Assembly (NCBI GenBank): GCA_002245135.1
Contig: NGBS01001180.1
Location: forward strand, 1-64,000
From: Proteromonas lacertae
Lineage: Eukaryota
Length of the DNA: 64,000 nt
Direction of reading: 5' to 3'
The notes beneath the pieces are model-generated. The model did not search any database, was not told where the DNA came from, and saw only the letters and a program-made list of their open reading frames with translations. Positions 9,376-22,000 of this stretch are shown piece after piece (position 1 is the stretch's first letter; each line of letters opens with the position of its first letter). A program made the translations under genes and the position numbers.

Positions 9376-12300
9376 ATCTATCATTTCATTACATTCTTTG
9401 CATGTATGAATTGTTAATACTTTATTACATACAATTTTTCTTACTGTATCAGAAATAAATCGAAGATTATTAGATTTAGTAATATCATTTTCATCTGTTT
9501 CATATATAAGTATATTCTGATATTTTTCCTTTGATATAGATGATATATTTATGCCTTTTATCATATTTTCAATCATTTCCTTGTTTACTTCATCTATTTG
9601 ACTTTCACACATTTTTAAATCATAGTAATATTTTCCAATTACACCTCCATAATATTCATAGTTGTCAAGATATTTATCTAAAATGTCTTTTAATTCTTTA
9701 TCATCATTTTCATTTCTATTCATAGGATTAGCTGGTATTCTTTGTATTTCACTATATTTAAAAAATGGCTTATCAGGTTTGATTAGAGTAGGATCATTCA
9801 ATTCTTTTACCTTTTCGATTTCTTCTTTGGTAAATGGAGGTATATACATCACCAGTGGGCATCTTTTACTTTGAAATGTTTTATACTTTTTTTCACATGG
9901 ATTAGCTAATAATATTATCATTTTTGCATCAGCAAAATCATCTTCTCCAATAATAACTCCATCAACAACAACAATGTATGGATAATTAAATCCATAATCA
10001 AAACAATCATGATTACTAATATCAGATTGTCCATCTATACTTCTAAAATCTATTCTAATATATTTATTATTTTCATGAATTTTGTTTATAATAATTTTAG
10101 CTAATTCTGATTTACCAATTTTTTCTTGACCAAATATCAAAAAGTTTCTTTGATTTTCATGATTCATATCTAAATCATCAGGATAAATAAATTTCAACAT
10201 ATCATTAAAGCACTTTCTCATCAATAATAATTCCTCACCATTATTATATACATCAAAATCTTGTTGTTGTTGTTGTTGCTGTTGTTGTTGTTGTTGCTGC
10301 TGCTGTTGATATTGTTGTTGTAATACTGGAAGCGGAATGTTAAATCTTTGATCATAATCATATACTCTCTCTTGTTTTATTAAACAATACTTAAAGTCAC
10401 CACTTTTAATCTCACTATATTCCTATTTTTATTATAAATATATTATATATTCATACTCTTATAGATTTTTCCATTCTTTCTCTATCTTCAGGAGTTATTC
10501 TATTTATATCAAAGTTTTCATCATCTAATAATACTTTTATAAATACTCCATTCATTATCAAATCAAAGAAATTATTTTCGTCCAATATATAATAAACAAA
10601 ATGTGATGCATTTGGAGGATAATGAACATACATCTGTTTTTCATAGTTTAATTTGAAATTTGGATCACTGTCAATTGGAGTTATCAACTCAATCATTTCA
10701 GTGCTTAATTCATATGCAATTATTTGTTTTAATGCCATTTTTCTAGTATATTTATCATCATCAATTGAATTATACTTATCTTTTACATTCTCATACTCTG
10801 TCTCATCTTTAGGTGGATAGAATTTAAAAACAATGTATTTTTCTACTTCTTCTGAAATGAATTTTAATTTTTCTTTTGGTTTTAAAAGAAAATGTTTTAA
10901 ACCATCATCCCATTCTGATTCTAAATCATATTTTAATATAATATTGGATAAATCATTATTTAACAAATTTTCCATCTTCATATACTTTTTTAAAAATTCA
11001 TTATAACCTGTTGTTCCTACTACACTGTCTATTAACTGTTGATAATACGTCCAATAATCTCTACCATAATTTTTATTATATAAATAATCGTAATAGATTT
11101 GTCTAGGTATATTACCATACTTTTTGCATATTCCTTTAAATTTGTTTAAATCACTAATGTTTATATTAATGCAATATGAAAACCAGTCTATTATTTCTCT
11201 ATCATTTAAAGAATCAAAATATAGTTGTTTACTAGTTTTTGGATTTGTATATTTATCGTTATTATTATGATCAGGTGAACTTATTGAAATTATTATGTTA
11301 TCATTGCCAAATTTACCATTGAAAGTGTCAACTATTACTATCGAATTATTAATATCACGTTCTTTTATATCACTTTTTCTCAGACTATTATTTTTAAATT
11401 CATATATTTTCCTATCACCAATATTTTCATATCTCTTTCCTTTAACTACATAAATATCTTTAATGGTATTATTATTTTTCCATATATCATCTAAAATATA
11501 ATAATTGAATCCCAATTTTACCATTTCATCATAATTTGGTGGTAATGAACCTTCAAAATCTTCTATTTTATCTAATGAACTTTCCATATTTCTCTTTAAT
11601 TCATTGTATTTATTTTTTATTGCTTCCTTTTCTTTTAAATACTTTTTAATTCTCTTTTCAATCATTTCTATTGAAATATTTCTTTTTTTAATCTCATTAA
11701 TTCTTTGCACTATAATTGATGATAGATAATATGCATTGACGAATCTTCCATATTGCTTAACTAGTTTATTATGAAGTATTCTCTTAAAATTAATTATCTC
11801 ACTTACTTCAATTACTTCATCTACATTCACAATATCATTCTTTGAACCTCTTATTTCTCTCTCTATCTTTTCAATATTTTCGTAGCATCTGTTTCTTACT
11901 TCTTTTTCATCATTTTCTTTTGAGAAATCATAATTTCTTCTTCTTTTAAATATTGTGAATGAATATATACTTCCAGTTTGTGTATAAAAATTCCTACTTA
12001 TATCATCATAGATAGTATCTTTTAGTTGTTTATAAAAGAATTTGTTTATTGTTTCTTTGTATACTTCAATCCTCTTTTTATTTCTTTTTATTTCTTTTTC
12101 AAGATTTTCTATTTCCTGATTAATAAAACATTTTCTTTGTTTCTCTTCTTGGTGTAATTCACTCAACCATTTTATATTATTTTCTCTTTCTACAATTAAC
12201 TCTTTTTTCCTCAGTAAATCTTTTTCATCTTTACCAAAATTGTGAGATAAATTATTCTTTAGAAAGAATAGTAAAACATAAATAAACGATGTTTTACCTA

Positions 12301-13066
12301 TACCTGGCTGACCTGTGATTATTATTCTAGATTTCTTTTTTAATAGCATGATTTTACATATATTTCGAAACATATCATAATAACAATCTCTAATGTAGAT
12401 TCTCTTCAATGGGAATTGAAACACATTGACATTTTGATCTGTATATTTTAGATATACCTTTTTTTCACCATCAATAGTAGTATAATCTACAGCTGTTAAA
12501 TTGTTAACAATTTTAACGAAATTATCTTCTTCATCTACTTTTCGTTTTTTTCTTTCACCACCAATATCATCTCCACGTCTTTTAATATTATCCTTTTCTA
12601 TAACTACTATTTCATCATTCTTCTCAAATAAAATGAATAAAGGATACATTGCATTTATGCACTGTAAATCTCTCAACATATATATAACCTTATCATGTCT
12701 GCTAATTGTCATTGTATTGCTATTTAGATCGTATTTTATATCATATATTGCACCTAATTGTAATTCTTTTACATGTACTTCAACTACATCATTACTATTT
12801 GCCTGTAGCGCTACTCCCCTGGTTAATATCACCATTTTATTACAGACTGCACCACTAATAACTTTTGAGTATCCTATACCAAGATTGTTAGCAACTTTCC
12901 GAATTTGGATTCTCATTGTATATACTTGATTTGCAGTTGAATATTTTTGGTATATACCTAATTTCAATGAATCATTTTCACTTCTAAATGAATCTTCATA
13001 TATCTTTTTTACTAAGAAACCATATCTGCAAAAATTATATGGCAAAATATTAATAACAGAGCTCAT
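9346..13066 (-). CDS. SPRY-like domain plus tandem Crinkler/RHS-like P-loop NTPase protein (~1228 aa; exons 13066-10457 and 10422-9346)
   Basis: A 34-nt phase-0 GT-AG intron at 10423-10456 joins the two ORFs. Module 1: IYIRDCY, IIITGQPGIGKTSF, IVIVD, ISSPD, YGNIPR, FISEEV. Module 2: FLIFGQEKIGKS, IVVVDG, MYIPPFTKEEI, YYGGVIG, FISDTV. A polyQ linker lies between them. Confidence 0.75.
10261..10320 (-). repeat. CAA/CAG trinucleotide tract encoding polyQ (19 Q in 20 codons)
   Basis: Directly visible; in frame within exon 2 of the tandem NTPase gene. Confidence 0.9.
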
Positions 13067-14003
13067 TTATCTAATTAATAAAAATTGTTAATAATAAATA
13101 CCGTACTTTTACTAATAACAGAGATATAGATAATTATAAATTTGAAAGAATAACCAATCAAATCAAGCCAACAAATAACCAATTAAAATTCGTAAATTCT
13201 ATATTTTGCATGTCATTTTTATAGTGATGTAGAAAGAAACATCATCTATCAACTTATAGAATTGATTTTGGTGATTATAAATTCTCGTTTCATATGATAT
13301 TTAAGTAAGTAATAGAATTGAGAGTGATTTAGATAATTACTCATTTTTGATAATAATTATATAAAATTTTAACGATATTTTGTTTTTTTCTACATATCTC
13401 AACAACATTTGTTTTTCATACTGACATAATGACTAAAATATTACTTCGAAATCTCTTGTTTACATTTCATTCAACTGTACGGATATTACATTATTTGGCA
13501 TTTTCTGAAGGTGAAGGGCAATTATATATTATTCCTTTCTTATTGAGTTGAATATTCGTTGAATTTACTCCATTCACTTCACCTATTATCAGTTTCTGAA
13601 GTAGATTTCACTTATTCTTAGAACATTATCGAAACTAAAATAATCATTTACTATATTCACTCCAATTACCATTTTCATTATTCTACCTACATATAGAAAT
13701 AAAATAAAAACTATATACTTCATAACATATTAAACATTTACTCATTTTTTAAATGAGCTATAAAATAGAAATACTTGTAGAGAATGTTATGTAACAAAGA
13801 AAAATGGTTGAAGTTAACATTATACTTGATTTTCAAATAATCAGTAACACTCTCATTTTTCAAATACATCTTTTTTAAAAATACAGGTGTATTAAATTGT
13901 ATTTTATTGTATTTAATATAAAAACATTATAACAATATGAAAACAACGAATTAAGAAATAATAAAAACTGTTAATAACAATACCACCAAAAACAATAAAA
14001 TTT

Positions 14004-17000
14004 TTACTTTTTACTTTTCTTTGATTGATATTTTGCATCTTTTCCTTTTCTCTTCATTGGTTTGTTATTATCAGGTGCTTGAACATGAACTTTAGGAGCA
14101 GCAGTCTTAATAGATACAACACCAGTTTCAAAACTACTTTTAATACCTTTTTCCCAGTCATTTTTACTACCTTTCAATTCATATTCACTCAAATTCATTT
14201 GTTGTAATATTTTATGATTCATTGTTGTTTCTTCTTTATCTAATTCATTATCAAGTGATTCAGATAATGGCTTCATATCTTTTGTCTTATTTTCACTATC
14301 AATTTGTGTTTTTTCTATCTCTTCAATATAATTCTTTCGACTTATTGCATAGAGAGCTGTTACAAATTTTCTGATACTTTTATTGAACATTGCTAATATT
14401 TGTGATACAGGTAAACCGTATTCTAATGATAAATCATCTACATTTTTATGCTGTAAACCTTGACCAACTAAAATAGATAATTGTAAGTAAGAAAAATGGC
14501 CAATTTCAGGAATCATTCCAAGAAAATATAATCTGGTCAAAGTTGGTAATAAATCAACAATCATATGATAATCAACAAGATTTTTACTATAAGATTCTAA
14601 TCTTTTGATATCATGTAAAGAAAAGAACAAATTCAAATTTTGATTATTCAATTGAATCAGATTCTTTTGTTTTTCAAATGTTTCTAAATCTGAAACATTC
14701 TTTCTCAAAGATTCATCTAATAAAAGTGTTGATAATTCAGTTGAAAATTCTTTACATTCATATGATAACAATGACAAAAATCTCTTCTGAAAATCAGCTA
14801 CAAATGGCATTAACCATCCTTTTTGAGGCATATTCGGTATAACGGTTGAAGGGTCATTCACATCTAACGGTTTAATCATAATACAAGAATGTTCACCAGT
14901 TAGTTCATTTGGAGTTAAACGAATATAAACTGGACTATATCCACCTTTCACTGCCCAAAATTTGAATAATTGTTGAGTTAAACCAAATGCAACTCCTAGC
15001 CAATGCAATTTCTCTGGAGGACGATCTTTTAATGCAATTAATAATGGTGGTAGCTTTGATCTTGGTTTTAATTCTTCAGTTGTTAATATTGAAGTTTCTG
15101 GAAGTGGTTCTGGTTTTATAGTTTCAATATATTCATCACCATCATTACCATCTAAAATATCAAATCCTCTTATTTCACCTTGATAGTATTTTTGTAATAG
15201 TTCTAATGCTCTAGCACCATATCCTTGATTAATAGCATCAGGATGAGTAGCTATTCTTACAATTCTTGCACCTGAAAGTGTTGGAAAATCATTATCTTGA
15301 AATTGTTGAGATACAGTCCATGGTATTAAATCACCAGCAGATTTCTCACCTTTTAATAATTGTGACCTTACTGTATCAGCATTTATTTCACCTTCTAAAC
15401 ATACTTGTATTACACATAATATATCTGGTAATAAATTATCACTATTTTTACTACTAGAATCATTATTTATATTTCCTAATAATGCAAATAATCTATGTGC
15501 TGGAGCATCACTCAATAATTGTAAATCATTAGGAGAATTCTTATAATGAGATGATACATATAGACTCATCATTTTATATAACAATTCTTCAGATAGTTTA
15601 TGATAAGAGAATAATGTATCACGATTGATATAATATAATTCACATTGTGATGGATGAGGTAAACCTCTAGTTAATCTATATGCTTTACTAGTTGCATCTA
15701 AACATAATAAATTATTCAGCCATTTTTCTATTGGATCATTTTGGTTGTATCTAATTGGTTCTTCTAATGTAATTTCTTTGAATATTCTAGAATCTGATCC
15801 TTGATTCATTCTTAATTGATTTATTAATTTCAATGATAATGCTCTTCCTGTTCCTTCATATCCAGTTACTGTACTACTTAAAAATACTAAGTATGGACCA
15901 ATTAATTTCTTTACCATTGGTAATGGAATTGCAGCTGCTTCATCTACAACAACAAGCTCGGCTTGAGATAATTTTTCATAATCAGATGGTATAATATATT
16001 GTATAGTTTGTCTATGTGAATGATAGATATTAATTCGAACTATTGCATTATGATAATCAGGATTAGTTGATTGAATTACTTCATAATCTGTATGCTCTTT
16101 ATAACATAATACATTAAACCCTTCCAATATAAATTGAAATACGGTGTTGAGGTTTTCGGGTGTAGGAGCTGTAACGAATATATTACTATAACCATGAGCA
16201 ACTGCTCCTGCAATTGATAAACCTAATGATGCTGATTTACCTCTACCTCTTGCTGCTGTTAATGCTACAGTCGATCTTAATGTCTTTTCAGCTATTGCTT
16301 CAATGAATAACAATAGGGCTTTTGCTTGATCTACTGTTTTGGTTAAATTTACTAATACTTCTAAATGGTCTGATCCTTTGAGTGATTGTTTGAGTTTCTC
16401 TAATTCCAGTTGTTGTGGTGTCTTAGTGGTTGGATCGATTTGTACTGGGATTATATGAGTTATTGATTTGGAGAGTGGCAAGATTGTTAATTCATCGTAA
16501 AATATTATAAATTAAAGAAATAAACTATAATAATATATATATATATATATATATATCAGATTGTGTTCGGTACTCTATTAAATTCATCATATTATTTATT
16601 ATATAAATAATAAAAACATCAAGAGCCGAGAGTAATAATCACTTATATATATATATAATAAAAATGTAAAATAAGTAAAAATTAAAAAAGATATATCTAA
16701 AATAACACATCCTTCACAGTTAGATAGTGATAATATAAATCTTTCGTTAAATCTTGCTACAACATCATTATGTGCTTCTGTTCTAAATCTAGAGTGAGTA
16801 TCCATTGTCATTGTGTATAACTGACGTAGTGACGTCATTGTACGCAATAATAACACAACCATTCCTCCTCCTTCTACAGTTTCTATTGTTCTACAGAGTA
16901 AATTTGGTGTTAATGCTTCGAAATCTTGTAAGATACACATACCGTATGTTTGACCTAATATTTTATGTGATTCTTTGTAATAGCACCAACGAATATCAGT

Positions 17001-17361
17001 GGAAGATATGAATAAATCAAATGGATTATCATTTTCTGGATCATACAAACCACGACTAATCATCTTTTTGATTTGCTTCATTCTCTTCTTTTTATGACTA
17101 TTCAATATATATAATAATTATAATAATTATAAATACGTAGAAAAACCTAATTCCTTCTTGTAACACCATAATACTGATGGTCTAGCTTTAACTTGTGACT
17201 TACTGAGAATGTAGTGAAGATTAACAATCTAAGAATGAAGAATTAAATGATACTTGATCTTTGCCTCTATCTCCAATGATTACAAACAAGCTACGAGTGT
17301 TTTGTTTAATTGAATTTTCAATCAAAGTACGAATTCGTTGATCAACTTTCTTTTGTGGCAT
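14004..17361 (-). CDS. NAT10: RNA cytidine acetyltransferase NAT10/Kre33 (4 exons; introns 17229-17253, 17098-17136, 16497-16694)
   Basis: MPQKKVDQRIRTLIEN...VIIGDRGKDQ, VLWCYKKELGFS, LQDFEALTPNLLCRTIETVEGGG, TAARGRGKSA, DEAAAIP, HYKNSPNDLQLLSDAPAH, RIVRIATHP. Confidence 0.98.
16497..16694 (-). other. Putative U12-type (minor spliceosome) AT-AC intron, 198 nt
   Basis: 5' end ATATCTTT and 3' end TTTTAC, with branch-like TTTCTTTAAT 14 nt upstream of the 3' end. Removal restores conserved ILD|DELTILP. Confidence 0.85.
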
Positions 17362-17441
17362 TTTTTGCAAAATGAAAATGAAAGAAAGCTTGAATGATAG
17401 TTTGAAATTTAATTTTGAAAACTGAAAAAAAAAACAAAAAA
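17362..17441. promoter_or_regulatory. 80-bp bidirectional promoter region
   Basis: Divergent ATGs at 17361 (-) and 17442 (+). Confidence 0.6.
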
Positions 17442-18874
17442 ATGCCTTTTGGTGATGGTTTAATAAAACGTGCTCCTAGTAGACCACAAGAGTCTAAAAA
17501 TGATGATTTCGAAGATGATGATTTTGATTCTCCTGGTAGAAAGTCATCTTCTTCATCTTCTGATATAAAGTATACAAATTTAAATTCTTATGTGATAGTG
17601 ATGATTTTGGAGATTCTAAAGTAGATGATGGTACTTCCAAACTAAAATCGTCAAAATCTTCTTCAAAAATAGATGATACATTCAATGAATCTCAACATAG
17701 TCACCATTCAACACATTCTTATCATAGTCATAGTAAAAGTCCAAATCCAGCTAGTCATTCTCGATCACAAAGTCGTAAATCACATATGAGTGAATCAAAA
17801 TTTGAAGAAAGTAAAGATGATGATGTTCCAAGTTATATGTCCAAACGTGCAAAACTAGTTAGTCGAATAACAGAATATAAAACCATCTTAACTGAAGAAC
17901 AAAAGAAAGACTTAGAAAATAACAATTTCTTGAATAAAAATGATAAATGGAAATATAATTTATTAACTAAAACAGCTGAAAAACAGAATGGTAGTGGTAG
18001 TTTAACAGCTAGATCCGTAAATAGAAGTCAATCAGCAAGACCATTATCAGCAAGATCATCTATAGCAGGAGGAGGATCAACAACAACTACTACTACAACT
18101 AAAAAACTATCAACTCAAGAATATGTTGAAAAACTAGCCGTTCCACACAAAATAGTGAATAATAAGAAAGATACATTGGATTTATATGAAAAAGTGAAAA
18201 AAGTGAAATGTACTTGTGCTAAAGGTCCTTGTAATCCATTAAAACCTGGTCCAGGATGTGCTCGAGCTAAGTTATTGTATGCTACTGAAAGTGAAATACG
18301 TGAATGTACATTTAAGCCAAAGATTACAAAATATAAGACTAATGAGGGTGAAAGTAAAACAGGTTTTGTAGAAAGAATGGATAATGACACACGAACAGCA
18401 AGAGCTGTATATATATTATATAAATTATATTGATATCTAATAATTTAGAAAAAATCAGATGCAATTGGTGAAAAAGAGTATAATATGAGATTAGATATAT
18501 TAACTTGTCCTGTATGTGGAGGTAAACAGAGTTATAAGAATTATATAGAAGGTAAAGACAAATGTCCAACTTGTATGAAGAAATACAAACCAAAGAAAGC
18601 ATGGGGATTTATAGCAACTTCATTTTTGAATAGAAATGTTGATTATTTAAAAAAAAAGAGAAATCCAGAGATGAAAAAGAAAGAAATTGACTGGGAAAGT
18701 AGAGTAGTGTATTATTGTAAAAAATGTAAGAATGTACAGACGAAAGATGAATATATGAATGATATTAAGATATGTCCAAGAGATGGATATGTGTATCGTC
18801 CAAAATATGCCACTGATTATGATCCTGAAAAGAAAGATAAAAATGCAGAAGAGACTAAAATGAATATTACATAA
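17442..18874 (+). CDS. Hypothetical protein with Ser/His-rich N-terminus, ECTFKPKI motif and two C-terminal CxxC zinc-ribbon-like units (introns 17570-17598, 18407-18448)
   Basis: Two short GT-AG introns join three ORFs in frame; CPVC/CPTC and CKKC/CPRD pairs. Confidence 0.75.
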
Positions 18875-19016
18875 AAATAGAATAAATTAGTTGTATTTAT
18901 ATATTTTGTAGTTTGCTTATAAGAATTTAAAAAATTGTTTAAAACTTTATACCAAAAATTCCCCATATTTTCGGCTGAAGGGTCAAGCCTTTTGCATTTC
19001 AATTTATTAACTGCCA

Positions 19017-22000
19017 ATGAATAAATTAAATATTAAGCGTCTCCTAATCAGTATGATTGTAAATTATAATATTTTATAGCATTTTTATTGCTTCTATTAT
19101 GCGTTGAAGGTAGTAGGAAGGAGATAGAAGCAATGAATGCCAAAATTTCGACTAAAAGTGGATTAAAGAGAAATCTTAAGACAACTGGTCAAGGTACTGA
19201 AACAGTTGAATTGTCAGATGGAAAAGCAGCTCATGGCAGTTGGAATGTGTTAGTTGATGGATTAAAATGTGACAATCTGGATGAACATACTACAGATGGT
19301 CATTGTAGAGTTACAGGTGATACTGAAGAAATATGGGTTACTAAGAACTCATTGAAGGTGAAATACATTCATAAAGGACAAACTATAGTAAATACACCAA
19401 GTCCTGCTAAAGGAATTGAAATGACAGTAGTTTATTGGGGAACTACAAAGAAATCTTTAGTAACTTCGAGTGGGACATTTTCTCAGTTTACACCTTCACC
19501 TGTAAATTCAAAGTATTGGAAAAGTAATAGTGTTAATGGCAAATATGATCCAGATTATACAGGATTAGAAGGAAATGATTTGAATAATAATTATATGAAG
19601 AATTATTACAATTGTTCTGATTTACCTGAATTTGCCTCATTAAATTGGATAAAAGAATATTGTCCAAATGGTTATGATGGTGTATTAATAGCTATTGATA
19701 AAATTACAACTGTGGAAAGTGTTTCTAGTAATTTCTATTACTTTACATTTGAAAATGATGAAAGTCTCGCTTATATTGCTGATGTTCAAGGAAATGAAAT
19801 TAAGAGTTTTTTCATTGAAAAGGTATTAAAAGTTGAAGATATATCTAATATTATTAATTCAATGGATATTAGAACACATCATATTAGCAATTATACATTA
19901 ATCACTAATAATTTGATATTATCAAACTGTTCAGCTGCTCATATATTCACTAATGACTCTATTAATTTTACATATAAATATGTCTATCAAGGAGGTATAA
20001 AGACAGATGATAATGGATTATATACCAATTATACAATTGATGTTAGTTGTGGTAATATTGAATCATTATCTGGTGTTTATATGGATAGTAATTTTACTGG
20101 AGCTTATGATGGTATTAAAGAAAAAGATCATTGTTTAGATTTACCACCATTATCAGCTGATGAAATACTCTCATTTACATGGTTAAAGATAAACTGTAAT
20201 AGTTTTTATAAGACTTTACTACTTGAAGATCCAATGAAAGATAGCTTAAATGGTGTAGGTAGTTTCTTGGAGAAAGATAATGATGATATATATACAGCAT
20301 CATTTGCATTACGAAGATATAATTCAGAAAGACCTCATGAATATGCAAATGAAAAGAATCCATTCACTAACGATGATGATTTTAAAGAGAGTGGTGAATA
20401 TGGTATTGGTTTAATAAACACTCAAACTAGTTACAAAATAGTATATGGATTTGACCAATTAGAATGTAGTGGAACTAGTAGAGAATTCGCTTCCTTAGGA
20501 TCAGCTGATGGTGTAATTGGAGTAGATAATACCAATAATAACATCATGTACTTAACAGATAAAGATAAAGTTATCTATGGCAATACAAACAATGGTGCAA
20601 ATTCAAATTATGTATATAAAGTATACCAAACTGTAGAATCAAGAGTAGATATTGACAACTTATATACATCTTACACTTTGAATGAAGTTAATGATGATTA
20701 TAGTGGATTTGACTGTAGTTATGATGTCAATGTAAACTTCTTTAAGAATGATCAAAATGACAGTTGTAGATGTGAATCTGAATTTATATCATTCAATTGG
20801 GTTAAAACTCATTGTTCAAATATTGATATAATTAATGATATTAAAAAACCTCTAGAATTATCTGCAAATTACACACGAGCTGTTAATAACAATCAAACTG
20901 TCTATATATATGATTATAATACTAATGAAGTTAGAAGAAACGAATATGCAATGAATTTAGAAGATCAAAATCATTTATCCCCTAAGATGATGATTGATAC
21001 ACATGAAATCAGTAAAGAGAAAGCATTGATGAAGAAAATAGATCAATTTACAACTTACTATGTAAATAGTGAATTAGGATTTTATGTATTAGATAATGTT
21101 GTTGATCATAACAATATAAAGAGAAGAATAAAGTATAATATGGTACATCACGATTATACAATCAATGATCCAGTTTTAAACAAACAATCAAACTATTCTG
21201 AATTTATTGTTAAAGATTTAAATAATGAAGAATCTGGAATATTCATTAATGATGAATTGAAGCAATTATTAGCTAATTGTACTGAAATACCTGCAGTTTA
21301 TATTGATGACGATGGAGTATTACCTTACAAATGGATTAAAGAGAATTGTAGAAGTAAACAAGATATATTAATCAGAGAATTGAATGAAAATGAAAAGAAA
21401 ATATTTGTTGATAAATTGGCAATTAGATCATATGATGCTACAGTTGCACATCAATATAACAATATATTAAACCAATTAGTTAATACACAAGATGATTATA
21501 TATTAGTTGATAAGATGATAATGAAACAAGCTTTGAATGTATTTGATAATGATGATAAAGTTCCAAGACCAATTAATACTGATGTAAATGGTGCAAGTAG
21601 TAGTTGGAATGATGAAAATGATTTAAAAGAAGGAAATATTATTACATTATATTATACTAATGATAATGTTACATTTACATACTTTAATAAGAAACAAACA
21701 ACAAAAGTTAAAGTATTTTTACCAGCAAATAAAATCAATAAAAATGTAGTATGTAGTAATGAATATGGAAATGGAAAATGTAATAAATTTACAACAGATG
21801 TAGCTTCAGATGAAAAATTAACATTTACTGATATGATTTATGATTATAGTGGATATGAAGGAGAAGCAAATCGAATTTACTTTAAAGAAAACTATAAGAA
21901 TTGTCCATCCTTACCCGAATTTGCTTCATTCCGATGGTTACAAGTTAACTGTAGAGAATCAATTGAAAAGATGGTAACTCCATTCTTAAATAGATTTGTA

